DNA from: an uncultured Planctomycetota bacterium
Lineage (GTDB): Bacteria > Planctomycetota > PLA2 > JAEUHO01
DNA: 64,000 nucleotides
Direction: 5' to 3'
NCBI GenBank assembly: GCA_963752285.1
Contig: CAVVXN010000002.1
Coordinates: 192,001-256,000 of the forward strand
Of the stretch, positions 9,210 to 18,371 are shown in pieces. The notes under the pieces were generated by a model. The model had not been told where the DNA came from. It did not search any database and worked only from the letters and a program-made list of their open reading frames with translations. Numbering within the stretch: position 1 is the stretch's first letter; each line of letters starts with the position of its first letter. The position numbers and the translations under genes are program-made.

Positions 9210-12200
9210 GTGAGCGCCTCCCGTGCCCGCATCGTGATCGAGCTCGCCGGTCAGGCGTTCGAGAGCGACCTCCCCGACCGACCGGTCGTGGTGGGCCGGG
9301 GCGAGGGGACCGACCTGAGGCTCCTCGACGACGACATCGGGCTCACCCAGTGCCGGATCGAGGCGCTCGGCGACGGCCGACACGTCGTGAGGGACCTCGC
9401 GAGCGGCCGTCCCACCCGCGTGAACGGGCTCGAGGTCCAGCAGGTCTCGCTCGCGGACGGCGACGTCGTGGAGGTGGGGACCGCGCGGATCACGTACCGC
9501 GCGGCCGTCGAGACGCCGGCGGCGGGATCCGACCGCGCCGAGCCCGCGCCGGCCGCCGCCCCCCGCGGCGCCCTGCGCGAGGCCCCCCCGCGCGATCCCC
9601 TCGCGGACGGCGCGGGGCGGCCGCCGACCCCGTCCCGCCACGTGTCGCACCACGACCTCAAGAAGGCGATGCTCGGCCTCGGGGCCGCCGCGGTGGTCGC
9701 CATCGTCGTCGCCGCCGTCCTCTCGAGCGGCGGCGCCTCCGACGACGCGGCCGCCGCGGAGCGTCGCCTCCAGTCGGCGCTCGACCTCTACCGCGGCCAG
9801 GACTACGTCGCGGCCGCGAGCCTCCTCGAGGACCTGGACCGCGCCGGGACGCCGTTGACCGTGCGCGAGAAGGCGGGCCGGTACCTCGAGCTCGCCCGCG
9901 CGGCGCTCGCCGACGCGGCCGACGACGCGGACCGGCTCTCGGCGCACCCGCTGGACGTGGACACCGAGCACCTGGACACGCGCCGCGAGCTCTTCGTACG
10001 GCGGCACGGCGCCCTCCTCGTCTCGCGCTTCGACGACGCGATGAACAAGGTCGAGGCGGCGCAGTCCGCGTGGCGCCAGGACCAGCTCGAGGACGCGCGG
10101 AAGGCGGCCGAGCGGCGGCTCGCGAGCCAGCAGTGGAGCGAGGCCCGGCGCGTGTGGACGGGTCTTCGCGCGAAGGGAACGCCCGGCGTCCGCTTCGACG
10201 ACGAGGTCGAGTCCGCGCTCCAGGCGATCGAGAGCCGCGCCGGCGAGGACGCGTCGAAGCTCCTCGAGGCCGCGAACGCCGCGGCCGCGACATCGGGGCC
10301 CGAAGCGGGAATCGCGCGCGTCGAGGCGCGCCTTCCGGACTTCGAAGGGACGGCCGCCCACGGCCGCCTCGTCGGCGCGGTCCAGGACTGGCAGCGCGAG
10401 ATCCGCGACCGGCTCGCCGCGGGCCACGTGCCCGACGTGTCGGGTCCGACCACCGCGCCGGGGCCGACGGCGCCCACGCCGGCGCCGGCCCCCGCCACGG
10501 ACGCGCGGGTCGCCGAGGTCGAGAAGGCCCGGGCCGACGCCGAGAAGAGGGCCCGGGACCGGGCGTACGCCGCGGCCGCCGAGGCGCTCGCCGCGGCGCT
10601 CCGTCCCGACGACGCGGGGCCCGCCGTGGACCGCGCGCGGGCGCGGCAGGCGGACCTCGTCCTCGCCGGCCGCGGTCTGGGCCTCCTGATCGCCGACATC
10701 TCCGCGCGGCCCGAGGCCTACCGCCACGTCGAGATGGGCGCGCAGGTCGTGGTCTCGCTCGAGGCCGCGGACGCGGAGGGCGTCACGGGCTCGGTCACCG
10801 GCGGGCGCGCGCGGTACCGCTGGTCGGCGCTCCCCACGACGCGCCTGGTGGGGCTCGTCCTCGAGGTGAAGGGCCATGGGGAGGACCTCGTGGCCCTCGC
10901 GGGCCTGCTCCACGAGCTCGGCGCCGAGGCGCCGGCCGACCAGCGTCTCGTCGAGGCCGGCTCCGAGGGCGTCCCGACCGCCACGATCTTCCCGCTCGTC
11001 GCGCGGTGGCGCCAAGAGCCGGTGCCCGAGGGCGGCTACGTCGCGTGGAAGGGCCGCTACGTCTCCCCGGCCGAGCGCGACCGCCTCGCCCGGCTCGAGC
11101 AGCTCGACGGGCTCGCGTCGAAGGCGCACCAGGCCGACGCGAAGGTGTGGAAACCGGCGGCGGAGGAGCTCCTCTCGCTCGGAGACGACGGCCGCGCCCG
11201 ACTCGCGGACGTGCTCACGACCCGTCGCGGCGCGCTCGTCGAGTCGATCGCGGCCTCCAAGGCGTTCGACAGCGGGAAGACCCGCGCGAAGCTCTACGAC
11301 GAGCTCCAGAAGCGCCGCGCGTACGCGCTCCTCCTGATCGAGGACGCCAACGCCTGGCCCTACCCGAACCCCAGCGGGCAGAACACCGACGAGGTCGTGC
11401 GCCGGGTGGACGCGGTGCGCGAGGTGTGGGAGCACCCCTTCTCGCTCGTGGCCTCGTGGAACGCCTCGCTCAAGTCCCGCCTCGCCGAGGTCGCGGACCT
11501 CGACGCGTTCCTCGTCCGCGCGGACCCGTCGTACAAGCCGGACCTCGCCGATCTCGACCAGCGCGTGGGCAAGCGGATCGACATGCCGTCGTACACGCCC
11601 GACGCCGGCTCCGCCGGGCTGCGCCAGTACTCGCTGAAGGTGCTCGCGTTCAACGAGCGGGTCGCGACGACGTCCACGCGCGAGGAGAAGGACTGCGTCC
11701 GGGCGGTGAACGAGTACCGGATGATGATGGGACGGCGGGCGGTCCGCATCAACGAGCGGCTGGTCCGCGCCGCGCGGGGCCACAGCATCGACATGCGAGT
11801 CAACGGCTACTTCGCGCACGACACGCCCGCGCCGTACGCGACCCCGGACAGCCGGACGCCCGGCGATCGCGTGCGGAAGCAGGGGTACGGGGGCGGCGTC
11901 GGCGAGAACATCGCGATGGGCACGTGGTCCGGGCGCGACGCGTTCGCAGCCTGGTTCCACTCGAGCGGGCACCACCGCAACATGGTCGCGGCGGGCTGGA
12001 CCGAGATGGGCGCGGGGCGGAGCGGCGGGAGCTGGTGGACGCAGAACTTCGGCGCCGCCGGTGGCACGTCCCTGAAGGAGCCCGACGAGCTGCCGCCGCC
12101 CGAGAAGGCGTTCGCGCCCGAGCCCGAGGACGACTCGGGCCGACCCCTCGACCGGGGCGGCGAGAGGCTCCCGAACGAACCGCCGCCCGGCTCGCCCCCG

Positions 12201-12242
12201 CCCGCCGCCCCGCCCGACGAACCGGGCGCCCCCTCCGACTGA
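9210..12242 (+). CDS. FHA domain, transmembrane segment, helical region and C-terminal CAP/SCP domain
   Basis: VVVGRG...TRVNG...LADGDVVEVG (FHA); one hydrophobic helix; VNEYR...AARGHSIDM...FAH...GENIA...WFHSSGHHRNM...WTQNFG (CAP); start uncertain. Confidence 0.85.
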   Translation: MSASRARIVIELAGQAFESDLPDRPVVVGRGEGTDLRLLDDDIGLTQCRIEALGDGRHVVRDLASGRPTRVNGLEVQQVSLADGDVVEVGTARITYRAAVETPAAGSDRAEPAPAAAPRGALREAPPRDPLADGAGRPPTPSRHVSHHDLKKAMLGLGAAAVVAIVVAAVLSSGGASDDAAAAERRLQSALDLYRGQDYVAAASLLEDLDRAGTPLTVREKAGRYLELARAALADAADDADRLSAHPLDVDTEHLDTRRELFVRRHGALLVSRFDDAMNKVEAAQSAWRQDQLEDARKAAERRLASQQWSEARRVWTGLRAKGTPGVRFDDEVESALQAIESRAGEDASKLLEAANAAAATSGPEAGIARVEARLPDFEGTAAHGRLVGAVQDWQREIRDRLAAGHVPDVSGPTTAPGPTAPTPAPAPATDARVAEVEKARADAEKRARDRAYAAAAEALAAALRPDDAGPAVDRARARQADLVLAGRGLGLLIADISARPEAYRHVEMGAQVVVSLEAADAEGVTGSVTGGRARYRWSALPTTRLVGLVLEVKGHGEDLVALAGLLHELGAEAPADQRLVEAGSEGVPTATIFPLVARWRQEPVPEGGYVAWKGRYVSPAERDRLARLEQLDGLASKAHQADAKVWKPAAEELLSLGDDGRARLADVLTTRRGALVESIAASKAFDSGKTRAKLYDELQKRRAYALLLIEDANAWPYPNPSGQNTDEVVRRVDAVREVWEHPFSLVASWNASLKSRLAEVADLDAFLVRADPSYKPDLADLDQRVGKRIDMPSYTPDAGSAGLRQYSLKVLAFNERVATTSTREEKDCVRAVNEYRMMMGRRAVRINERLVRAARGHSIDMRVNGYFAHDTPAPYATPDSRTPGDRVRKQGYGGGVGENIAMGTWSGRDAFAAWFHSSGHHRNMVAAGWTEMGAGRSGGSWWTQNFGAAGGTSLKEPDELPPPEKAFAPEPEDDSGRPLDRGGERLPNEPPPGSPPPAAPPDEPGAPSD

Positions 12243-12296
12243 GCGGCGGGCGCCGGCCCGGCGCCGCGGGGGGACCCCGTCGGTATCGTCCGGGCC

Positions 12297-13706
12297 GTGC
12301 TGGCCCACCCGCTCCTCGTTCCCGCCATCCGCCTCGACCGCGCCGAGGCGCGGGACGAGGAGACGCGCCGGGCGCTCGAGCGCGCGCGGGCGCCCTGGTG
12401 CGCGGGCTTCCTCCTCTTCGGCGGCGAGGCCGAGGAGGTCCGGGGGCTCACCGAGCGTCTCCGCGACGCCGCGGGGCGGGACCTCCTGGTCGCGTCCGAC
12501 ATGGAGCGCGGCGCGGGCCAGCAGGTGTCGGGGCTCCCGCGGCTGCCCGAGGCCGGGGTCTTCGGGCGCGCCGCCTCGCCCGGCGAGGTCGCGCGCGCCG
12601 GCTGGATCACGGCGCGCGACGCGCGGTCCGTGGGCGTGGACGTCCTCTTCGCGCCCGTGCTCGACGTGCCGAGCGTGGTCGAGAACCCGATCGTCGGGGA
12701 GCGCGCGTTCGCGTGGGACCCGCTCCGCGTGGCGACGCTCGGTCGCGCGTTCCTCGCCGGCGCGCTCGCGGGCGGGGCCCTCCCGGTGGCGAAGCACTAC
12801 CCGGGCCACGGCGCGACGCGCACCGACTCCCACGTGGACGTCCCGGTCGTCACCGACGACGAGGACACCCTCTCCCGGCGCGACCTGCTCCCGTTTCGCG
12901 CGGCCCTGGCCGCGGGCGTGTGCCCCGCGGTGATGACGGCGCACGTCTCGTACCCGGCGCTCGACGACTCGGGGACCATCGCCACGTTCAGCCGGCCCGT
13001 GCTCGACCGCCTGCGCGGCCACGCGCGGCCCCGCGAGGTCGTCGTGTTCACGGACGCCCTCCTGATGGACGCCGCGTGCCGCGAGCACGGGACGGCGGGC
13101 GCCGCGCGCCGCGCGCTCGACGCGGGGGCGGACCTCCTGCTCTACGCGGGCGACGAGGAGGCGGTGGCGCGGGCGCTCTCGGACGTGCCCGCGGATGTGC
13201 TCGACGAGCGCGCCGACCGCGTGGCGCGGTTCCTCTCGGGGCGGGCCGAGACGACGCCGGCCTCGGGGTCCGACGCGGAGGCGCTCGCCCGGGAGGTCGC
13301 GACGCGCGCGGTGCTCCTCTCCTGGTGGGGCGACGTCGAACGCCGGTCGGTCCTGGTCCTCGACGACGACGGCACGCCCGGCCGCGGCGAGGCGCTCGCC
13401 GCGGGCGCGCGGCGCGCGGGGGTCCCGCTCGAGGTGCTCGCCCTGGGCGACGAGGGGGTCGATCGGGGCCGGCTCGCGAAGGCCTCTACGCTGGTCCTCT
13501 TCGCCTCCGTGCGCGCGGCGAAGGGCCCGGGCGGGCTGGGCCCCGGGGCGCGGCGCACGCTCGAGCGCCTCGCCTCCCTTTGCCCTCGGCCGCGCCTCCT
13601 CGCCCTCGGGGCCTTCGTGCCGGAGGCCGACGTGCACCTCCCCGGGACGCACCCCGCGCTCGAGGCCGCGCTGGCCCTCCGGCTCTTCGACGTCGAGGGG
13701 ACGTGA
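12297..13706 (+). CDS. Glycoside hydrolase family 3, NagZ-like beta-N-acetylhexosaminidase
   Basis: SDMERG, FAPVLD, KHYPGHGATRTDSH (NagZ motif), MTAH, TDAL. Confidence 0.9.
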   Translation: MLAHPLLVPAIRLDRAEARDEETRRALERARAPWCAGFLLFGGEAEEVRGLTERLRDAAGRDLLVASDMERGAGQQVSGLPRLPEAGVFGRAASPGEVARAGWITARDARSVGVDVLFAPVLDVPSVVENPIVGERAFAWDPLRVATLGRAFLAGALAGGALPVAKHYPGHGATRTDSHVDVPVVTDDEDTLSRRDLLPFRAALAAGVCPAVMTAHVSYPALDDSGTIATFSRPVLDRLRGHARPREVVVFTDALLMDAACREHGTAGAARRALDAGADLLLYAGDEEAVARALSDVPADVLDERADRVARFLSGRAETTPASGSDAEALAREVATRAVLLSWWGDVERRSVLVLDDDGTPGRGEALAAGARRAGVPLEVLALGDEGVDRGRLAKASTLVLFASVRAAKGPGGLGPGARRTLERLASLCPRPRLLALGAFVPEADVHLPGTHPALEAALALRLFDVEGT

Positions 13707-13805
13707 AGCGCCCGGCCACGAGCACGGTGGGCGCACGGACCTTGGACGAGCCTAAGCGGCTGGAGCGGCAGGGGATACGAGGGGTCCCGATCGCGTGGCG
13801 CATCC

Positions 13806-13835
13806 TTGACACTCGGGACCTCCGACGCATAAGAT
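13806..13835 (+). promoter_or_regulatory. sigma70-type promoter
   Basis: TTGACA-18 nt-TAAGAT upstream of the CDS at 13951. Confidence 0.65.
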
Positions 13836-13950
13836 CCCGCATCCATCGACCCCCGTCAGCGGGGTGTGGGTGGCGTTTCGGAGGTGGCAGGATGACGGCG
13901 TGCCGGCGCGATTCGTCCCGGCCCGTACGACCGTCGAAGGGAGGGCTCGT

Positions 13951-16149
13951 ATGAAGGCAGCACGCCTTCGTGCTGGACATTTCGTGCTCGTGGCAGCGCT
14001 GCTCGCATTCGGCATCGTCGCCGTGCGTCCCGTGCCTGCGTTCGCGGCGGCGGAGGACCTCCAGTCGGCGCTCGACGACTACGCTGCGGGTCGCTACGAG
14101 GTGGCGCTGAAGAAGCTCCGCGAGTACGTGGCGAGCAATCCCGGCGACGAGGAGGTCTACCAGGTCCTCCGGTCGGCGGACGAGCACCTGCTCCTCAAGG
14201 TCCTCGCCCTCCAAGGCGACAACGAGGCCCTGATGAAGGTCCTCTTGAACCAGATGAAGCCGGTGTCGCGCGCCCGCCACCTCGACACCGCCAAGATCCA
14301 GGAGCTCGTGAACACGGCCGTCACGGACCCCCGGCTCGACAACCGCCGCGAGGCGCAGCTCGAGCTCCGGTCGGCCGGGGACCTCGCGGTGCCGTATCTC
14401 TACGGCTACCTCGCGCGGTCCGACGCCGAGGTCGTGGTCAACGCGATGTTCGCCCTGCACCGGCTCGGCTCGAGCGCCGTGATGCCGCTCGTACAGGTCC
14501 TGAAGTCGGACAACGCGCGCATGGCCGCGACGGCCGCGGCGGTCCTCGGCGACATCGGCGACCCCGTCGCGCTCCCGGGTCTCCTGGCCCTCGCCGGGAC
14601 CACCCAGGACCCGGGCGCCAAGGAGAAGGCGATGGTCGCCGTCCAGAAGATCGTGGGCGACCGAGCCGCGACCCTCAAGGCTCCCGACTCCTACGTCCGC
14701 TGGGGCATGAAGTTCTACGCGAACGACCCCTCCGTGATCATGGGCTTCGACGACGTGCGGAACCTGTGGCGCTGGGAGGACGGCGACCTCGTCCGCTACA
14801 CCATCCCGTCCTGGCTGTTCCCGGGGCAGATGGCCGAGCAGATGGCCCTCGACGCCCTGAGCATCGAGCCCCAGAACCGGGACGCCCAGGCCCTCCTCGT
14901 CCGCTCGCTCCTCCTCCAGAAGGTCGAGGCCGAAGCGACCACGTCGAATGGGGGCACGGTCCCCGACGCCCTCCAGGGCGTCCAGGACGTCGCGGCCAGC
15001 CAGGGCTTCGACGCGGCCACCGAGGCGCTGCGCGGCGCGCTGCGCGACCGGGACTGGGACGTCGCGGTCCAGGCGATCCAGGTGATGGTCCAGACCTACG
15101 CCGGAGAGCCCCTCGCGAACAGCCCGCTCGGCGCCGCGCTCGTCGCGCCCGAGACGCGGGTCAACTACGCCGCGGCGATCGCGGCGCTCCAGATGAGCCC
15201 GCAGAGCGGTCTCCCCAACGCCGACAAGGTCGCGAACCTCGCGGCCCGCGCGGCATCCGAGCGCGCGGTGCGCCAGGTGCTGGTCATCGACCCGCACGAC
15301 GACGCGCGCAGCAAGCTCGACGTGGACCTCGCGCACGCCGGCTACGTGGTCGCAGGCGTGCGGAGCGGCGCCGAGGGCGTCGCGCGCGCGAAGCTCGCCC
15401 CGACGCTGGACGTGATCATCGTCCGCGCGGACCTCTCCGATCCCCAGCACACGCCGACCTCGCAGCAGCTCGACTCGGCGATCGGCGTCATCGACGAGCT
15501 CAAGTCCGACGTGCGTACGAAGGAAATGAGGGTGATCGTGCTCCTCGGCGGCATGGAGGGGCAGGGCGTAGACACGCTGAAGGACTTCTTCCAGAAGCGC
15601 TACGGCGACAAGGTCGCCGGCTTCCTCAACGTGCCGCTCGACACCTCGGTGGTGGCCGAGACCGTGAACGCGGCCGCCGAGGCCGGGAACCTGAACCCGG
15701 ACCGCGAGCGGGCGAACCAGCTCGCGGCGCGCGCGGCCGAGGCCTTCGCGACGACCGACTTCACGTGCCGCGCGTTCGACCTCAGCGTCGCCGTGGACCC
15801 GCTCTCGACCGCCGCGACCGAGGGGCCCACGCCCGACGTGAAGCTCTGGGCGACGCGCGCGCTCGGGAACGTCTGCCTGGGCGGCGCCGACGCGCTCGTG
15901 AAGAACCTGAGCGAGGGCGCGGACGACGCGCTCAAGGCGGCGGCGGCCACGGCGCTCGGTCGCGTGCTCGCGAAGCAGCCGGGTACGCCCGAGCAGATCC
16001 AGGCGTTGATCGACGCCGCGGCCGGCGAGGGCGACGTCGCGAAGGCGGCGCTCGAGGCGCTCGGCACGGCGCGCGGCCTCACCCCGGAGCAGCGTCGCGA
16101 CCTGTTCAAGGCGCACCGCCCCGGCGTCGCCGAGAAGGCGCCGCTCTAG
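13951..16149 (+). CDS. Exported HEAT-repeat protein with internal pseudo-receiver-like domain
   Basis: SD-like GGGAGG, signal peptide ending AFA, HEAT repeats (AAAVLGDIGDPVALPGLL), REC-like segment VLVIDP...GYVV...SGAEG...LDVIIVR. Confidence 0.8.
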   Translation: MKAARLRAGHFVLVAALLAFGIVAVRPVPAFAAAEDLQSALDDYAAGRYEVALKKLREYVASNPGDEEVYQVLRSADEHLLLKVLALQGDNEALMKVLLNQMKPVSRARHLDTAKIQELVNTAVTDPRLDNRREAQLELRSAGDLAVPYLYGYLARSDAEVVVNAMFALHRLGSSAVMPLVQVLKSDNARMAATAAAVLGDIGDPVALPGLLALAGTTQDPGAKEKAMVAVQKIVGDRAATLKAPDSYVRWGMKFYANDPSVIMGFDDVRNLWRWEDGDLVRYTIPSWLFPGQMAEQMALDALSIEPQNRDAQALLVRSLLLQKVEAEATTSNGGTVPDALQGVQDVAASQGFDAATEALRGALRDRDWDVAVQAIQVMVQTYAGEPLANSPLGAALVAPETRVNYAAAIAALQMSPQSGLPNADKVANLAARAASERAVRQVLVIDPHDDARSKLDVDLAHAGYVVAGVRSGAEGVARAKLAPTLDVIIVRADLSDPQHTPTSQQLDSAIGVIDELKSDVRTKEMRVIVLLGGMEGQGVDTLKDFFQKRYGDKVAGFLNVPLDTSVVAETVNAAAEAGNLNPDRERANQLAARAAEAFATTDFTCRAFDLSVAVDPLSTAATEGPTPDVKLWATRALGNVCLGGADALVKNLSEGADDALKAAAATALGRVLAKQPGTPEQIQALIDAAAGEGDVAKAALEALGTARGLTPEQRRDLFKAHRPGVAEKAPL

Positions 16150-16164
16150 AGTCCCCCGGGACGC

Positions 16165-16196
16165 GCCCCGCGCGTCGCGGAAGCGACGCGCGGGGC
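16165..16196. terminator. 14-bp perfect hairpin with GGAA tetraloop, no U-tract
   Basis: GCCCCGCGCGTCGC-GGAA-GCGACGCGCGGGGC just after the stop at 16149. Confidence 0.65.
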
Positions 16197-16400
16197 CCCC
16201 CAGTCGCCGGCGGGCCGGCCCGCGTCGTCCGCCGGGCCGACGGCCCGCCCGGCTGCCGTCATCACGGGCGTGTCTCCGTCATAGCGCCTTGTGAGGACGT
16301 ACAGCCGCCTACGAGCGCGCCCCCCGGCTCGTTCCCGAACGCGGGAGGCTCCACCTTCGCGGCCGTACGGCCGATGACGGTAGGAGAGGCTCGGGCCCCC

Positions 16401-16429
16401 TTGCCGGGCCGGCCCTCCATCCGTAGGAT
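16401..16429 (+). promoter_or_regulatory. sigma70-type promoter for the small Cys protein
   Basis: TTGCCG-17 nt-TAGGAT. Confidence 0.5.
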
Positions 16430-16451
16430 GCTTGATCCGGCGCGCGAGACC

Positions 16452-16646
16452 ATGGCGAAGAAGAAAGACTGCTTCGGTTCCGAGACCTACGTCTGCCGGA
16501 CGCAGAGCTGCCCGTACGTGTCCGAGTGCGTGCAAGCCGTCTGGGAGAAGAAGCTCCGACGGATCATGACCCGCAAGGGCGCCCGTCTCGACGCGCGCGC
16601 GGACTCGTCGATCCGCGTGCGGTCGAAGGAGTTCCTCGCGCGCTGA
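16452..16646 (+). CDS. 64-aa basic protein with four cysteines (putative metal-binding)
   Basis: MAKKKDCFGSETYVCRTQSCPYVSECVQAVWEKKLRRIM...; coding-like GC3 bias; promoter upstream. Confidence 0.75.
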   Translation: MAKKKDCFGSETYVCRTQSCPYVSECVQAVWEKKLRRIMTRKGARLDARADSSIRVRSKEFLAR

Positions 16647-16709
16647 CGCGGGACGCGTCGCTGGGCGGGCCTCGCCCTTCGCGTCGGCGCGGGCGGCAAG
16701 CGGAACGCC

Positions 16710-18017
16710 TCAGCCCGTCCAGCTCCCGCGCATCCACAGCCGGAAGCCGACGTCCTCGAAGCGTGCGCCCTTGTCGCGGTAGCCCAACGAGTCGGGCTCG
16801 GTGGTGACCGTGCAGTCGAGGATGCCGTCGAGGTACGAACCGCCCACGGTGGGCGCCGTGGACGCGTCTTCCTCGGGCGGGTTGTCGGGCGCGGCGATCC
16901 CGAAGATCACCCCGCCGTCCGACGTCCTCTGTTCGACGAGGCGGTCGTTCCGGACCCACTCGCGCGCGTTGCCGCTCATCGCCCAGATGTCCTCGGGCGT
17001 CACGCCGCCGCCGTCGTCGCTGTAGCGGTAGTCCACCGGGAGCAGCTCGGCCGTCTGGTCCTCGTGCCAGAAGCTTTGACTGTTGCACGCATACACGAGC
17101 GGCTCGTCGCCCCACGGGTAACGGCGCTTGCCGTCGCCCGCGCGTCCCGCGCGGAGCCACTCCCTCAGCGTCGGCAGACGAAGACGGTCGTTGGCTTCCA
17201 GTCCCAGCACGTCGGACGCCCAGGCCGCGAACGCTTCCGCGTCGAGCCACGAGACGTCGGTGACGGGCAGGTTCTCGGGGATGGGGCCCTTCGCCGCCGG
17301 CAGCTCCCAGCGCAGCTCCTCGTACGGCGTCAGGAAGATCCACGACGGCGGGACCACGATCAGCGTGTCGTACCTCTCGGGAAGCGGTGCCGCGAAGTCG
17401 CGAGGGCGGGGGGGATCGCGACCGGAACGTTCGCGCACGACGTCGCGGACGCGGGCCCACCAGTGGTCCACGAACGCCCGTGCGAACCGGAGCCTCTCGG
17501 CGTCCCGCTCCTCCTGGCCCGTCTTCTTCGGACGCCAGGCGTCGCGCAGGAACGCCGGGATCCTCGTGGGGTCTTCCTGGCACGCCTCCACGTACTCCGC
17601 GTACATGCCGCGCGTCACCTCGAACTTGAGCATGCGCTCGGCCCCGACGTGGACCCACTTCAACCCCTCCTTCGACTCCACGTAGTCGGCGAACCCGGCG
17701 TCGAGGGAGACCATGAGCCGTCGCAGGTCGTCCCGCACCGTGAGGCGCGACCGGATCGGGACGACCGCGGGCGTCCCCTTGGCGTGCTCGGGCCCGCGGA
17801 AGGTCCGGATCCCCAGCTGCACGACGCCGACGACCAGGAGCGCGAAGACCAGGAGGACGAGGGCCTGCAGCCAGCGGCCACCCGAACGACGGTCGTCGCG
17901 AGGGGGGACGGGCGTCGGCGCGAGCCGGTAGGCGCAGGCCGGGCAGAACTTCATCGCCCCGGTGACGGGTGTCCCGCAGCGCGGGCATCTCCCGACGTGG
18001 GGCACGGTCTCCGTCAT
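16710..18017 (-). CDS. Zinc-ribbon, TM and FGE-sulfatase (SUMF1-like) domain protein
   Basis: CPRCG...FCPAC; TM; EVT, PVTDVSWLDAEAFAAW, RLPTLREW, YPWG, MSGNAREW, GGSY, VGFR. Confidence 0.88.
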   Translation of the reverse strand: MTETVPHVGRCPRCGTPVTGAMKFCPACAYRLAPTPVPPRDDRRSGGRWLQALVLLVFALLVVGVVQLGIRTFRGPEHAKGTPAVVPIRSRLTVRDDLRRLMVSLDAGFADYVESKEGLKWVHVGAERMLKFEVTRGMYAEYVEACQEDPTRIPAFLRDAWRPKKTGQEERDAERLRFARAFVDHWWARVRDVVRERSGRDPPRPRDFAAPLPERYDTLIVVPPSWIFLTPYEELRWELPAAKGPIPENLPVTDVSWLDAEAFAAWASDVLGLEANDRLRLPTLREWLRAGRAGDGKRRYPWGDEPLVYACNSQSFWHEDQTAELLPVDYRYSDDGGGVTPEDIWAMSGNAREWVRNDRLVEQRTSDGGVIFGIAAPDNPPEEDASTAPTVGGSYLDGILDCTVTTEPDSLGYRDKGARFEDVGFRLWMRGSWTG

Positions 18018-18052
18018 GACGGGCTCGGGCACGGTGTTGGGGGGCGGCGGGG

Positions 18053-18080
18053 TTGACTCCCGGGCCGCAGCGTCTAGGGT
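18053..18080 (+). promoter_or_regulatory. Possible tRNA promoter
   Basis: TTGACT-16 nt-TAGGGT about 20 nt upstream of the tRNA. Confidence 0.4.
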
Positions 18081-18101
18081 ACCCTCCCGCATCCGCGGCG
18101 G

Positions 18102-18176
18102 GCCCTGGTAGCTCAGCGGTAGAGCACCGCTTTCGTAAAGCGGGGGTCGTGAGTTCGATTCTCACCCGGGGCTCCA
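18102..18176 (+). tRNA. tRNA-Thr(CGT)
   Basis: Acceptor GCCCTGG/CCGGGGC, D-arm GCTC/GAGC, anticodon arm CCGCT-TTCGTAA-AGCGG, T-arm GTGAG-TTCGATT-CTCAC, encoded CCA. Confidence 0.97.
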
Positions 18177-18302
18177 TCCCCGCGTTCGCCGTACGAGGGC
18201 GCGTGGGGGAGGGCGCGATGCGCCCCTCGCCGGCTCGGGCCGACCGCGGAGGGTACGGCCGACCGGGACCCCGCCCGCCCACGGGCGGCGCGCTCTCGAA
18301 CG

Positions 18303-18335
18303 ACCGCGGGCCGCCGGGTTCCGGCGGCCCGCGGT
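18303..18335. terminator. 15-bp perfect hairpin between convergent tRNA and CDS
   Basis: ACCGCGGGCCGCCGG-GTT-CCGGCGGCCCGCGGT. Confidence 0.65.
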
Positions 18336-18371
18336 ACATGGGGCTTTCGTTCCGCTCGTCTGCTCGGGGGG

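Noticed and set aside
9038..13954. Very long alternative ORFs (1638 aa here; also 9129-13736, 22032-26387, 26805-30035, 31167-35948, 52867-56592, 59956-63567)
   Set aside because: Arg/Pro/Gly-rich or antisense shadow frames of well-supported genes, expected where stops are rare in high-GC DNA
16250..16390. Possible structured RNA (CCGTCATC/GATGACGG arms, CGGCCGTACGGCCG palindrome)
   Set aside because: Pairings are short for such GC-rich DNA, with no supporting promoter-terminator frame
16710..18017. FGE/C-type-lectin-fold gene as a diversity-generating retroelement target
   Set aside because: No reverse transcriptase and no template/variable repeat pair seen in the window
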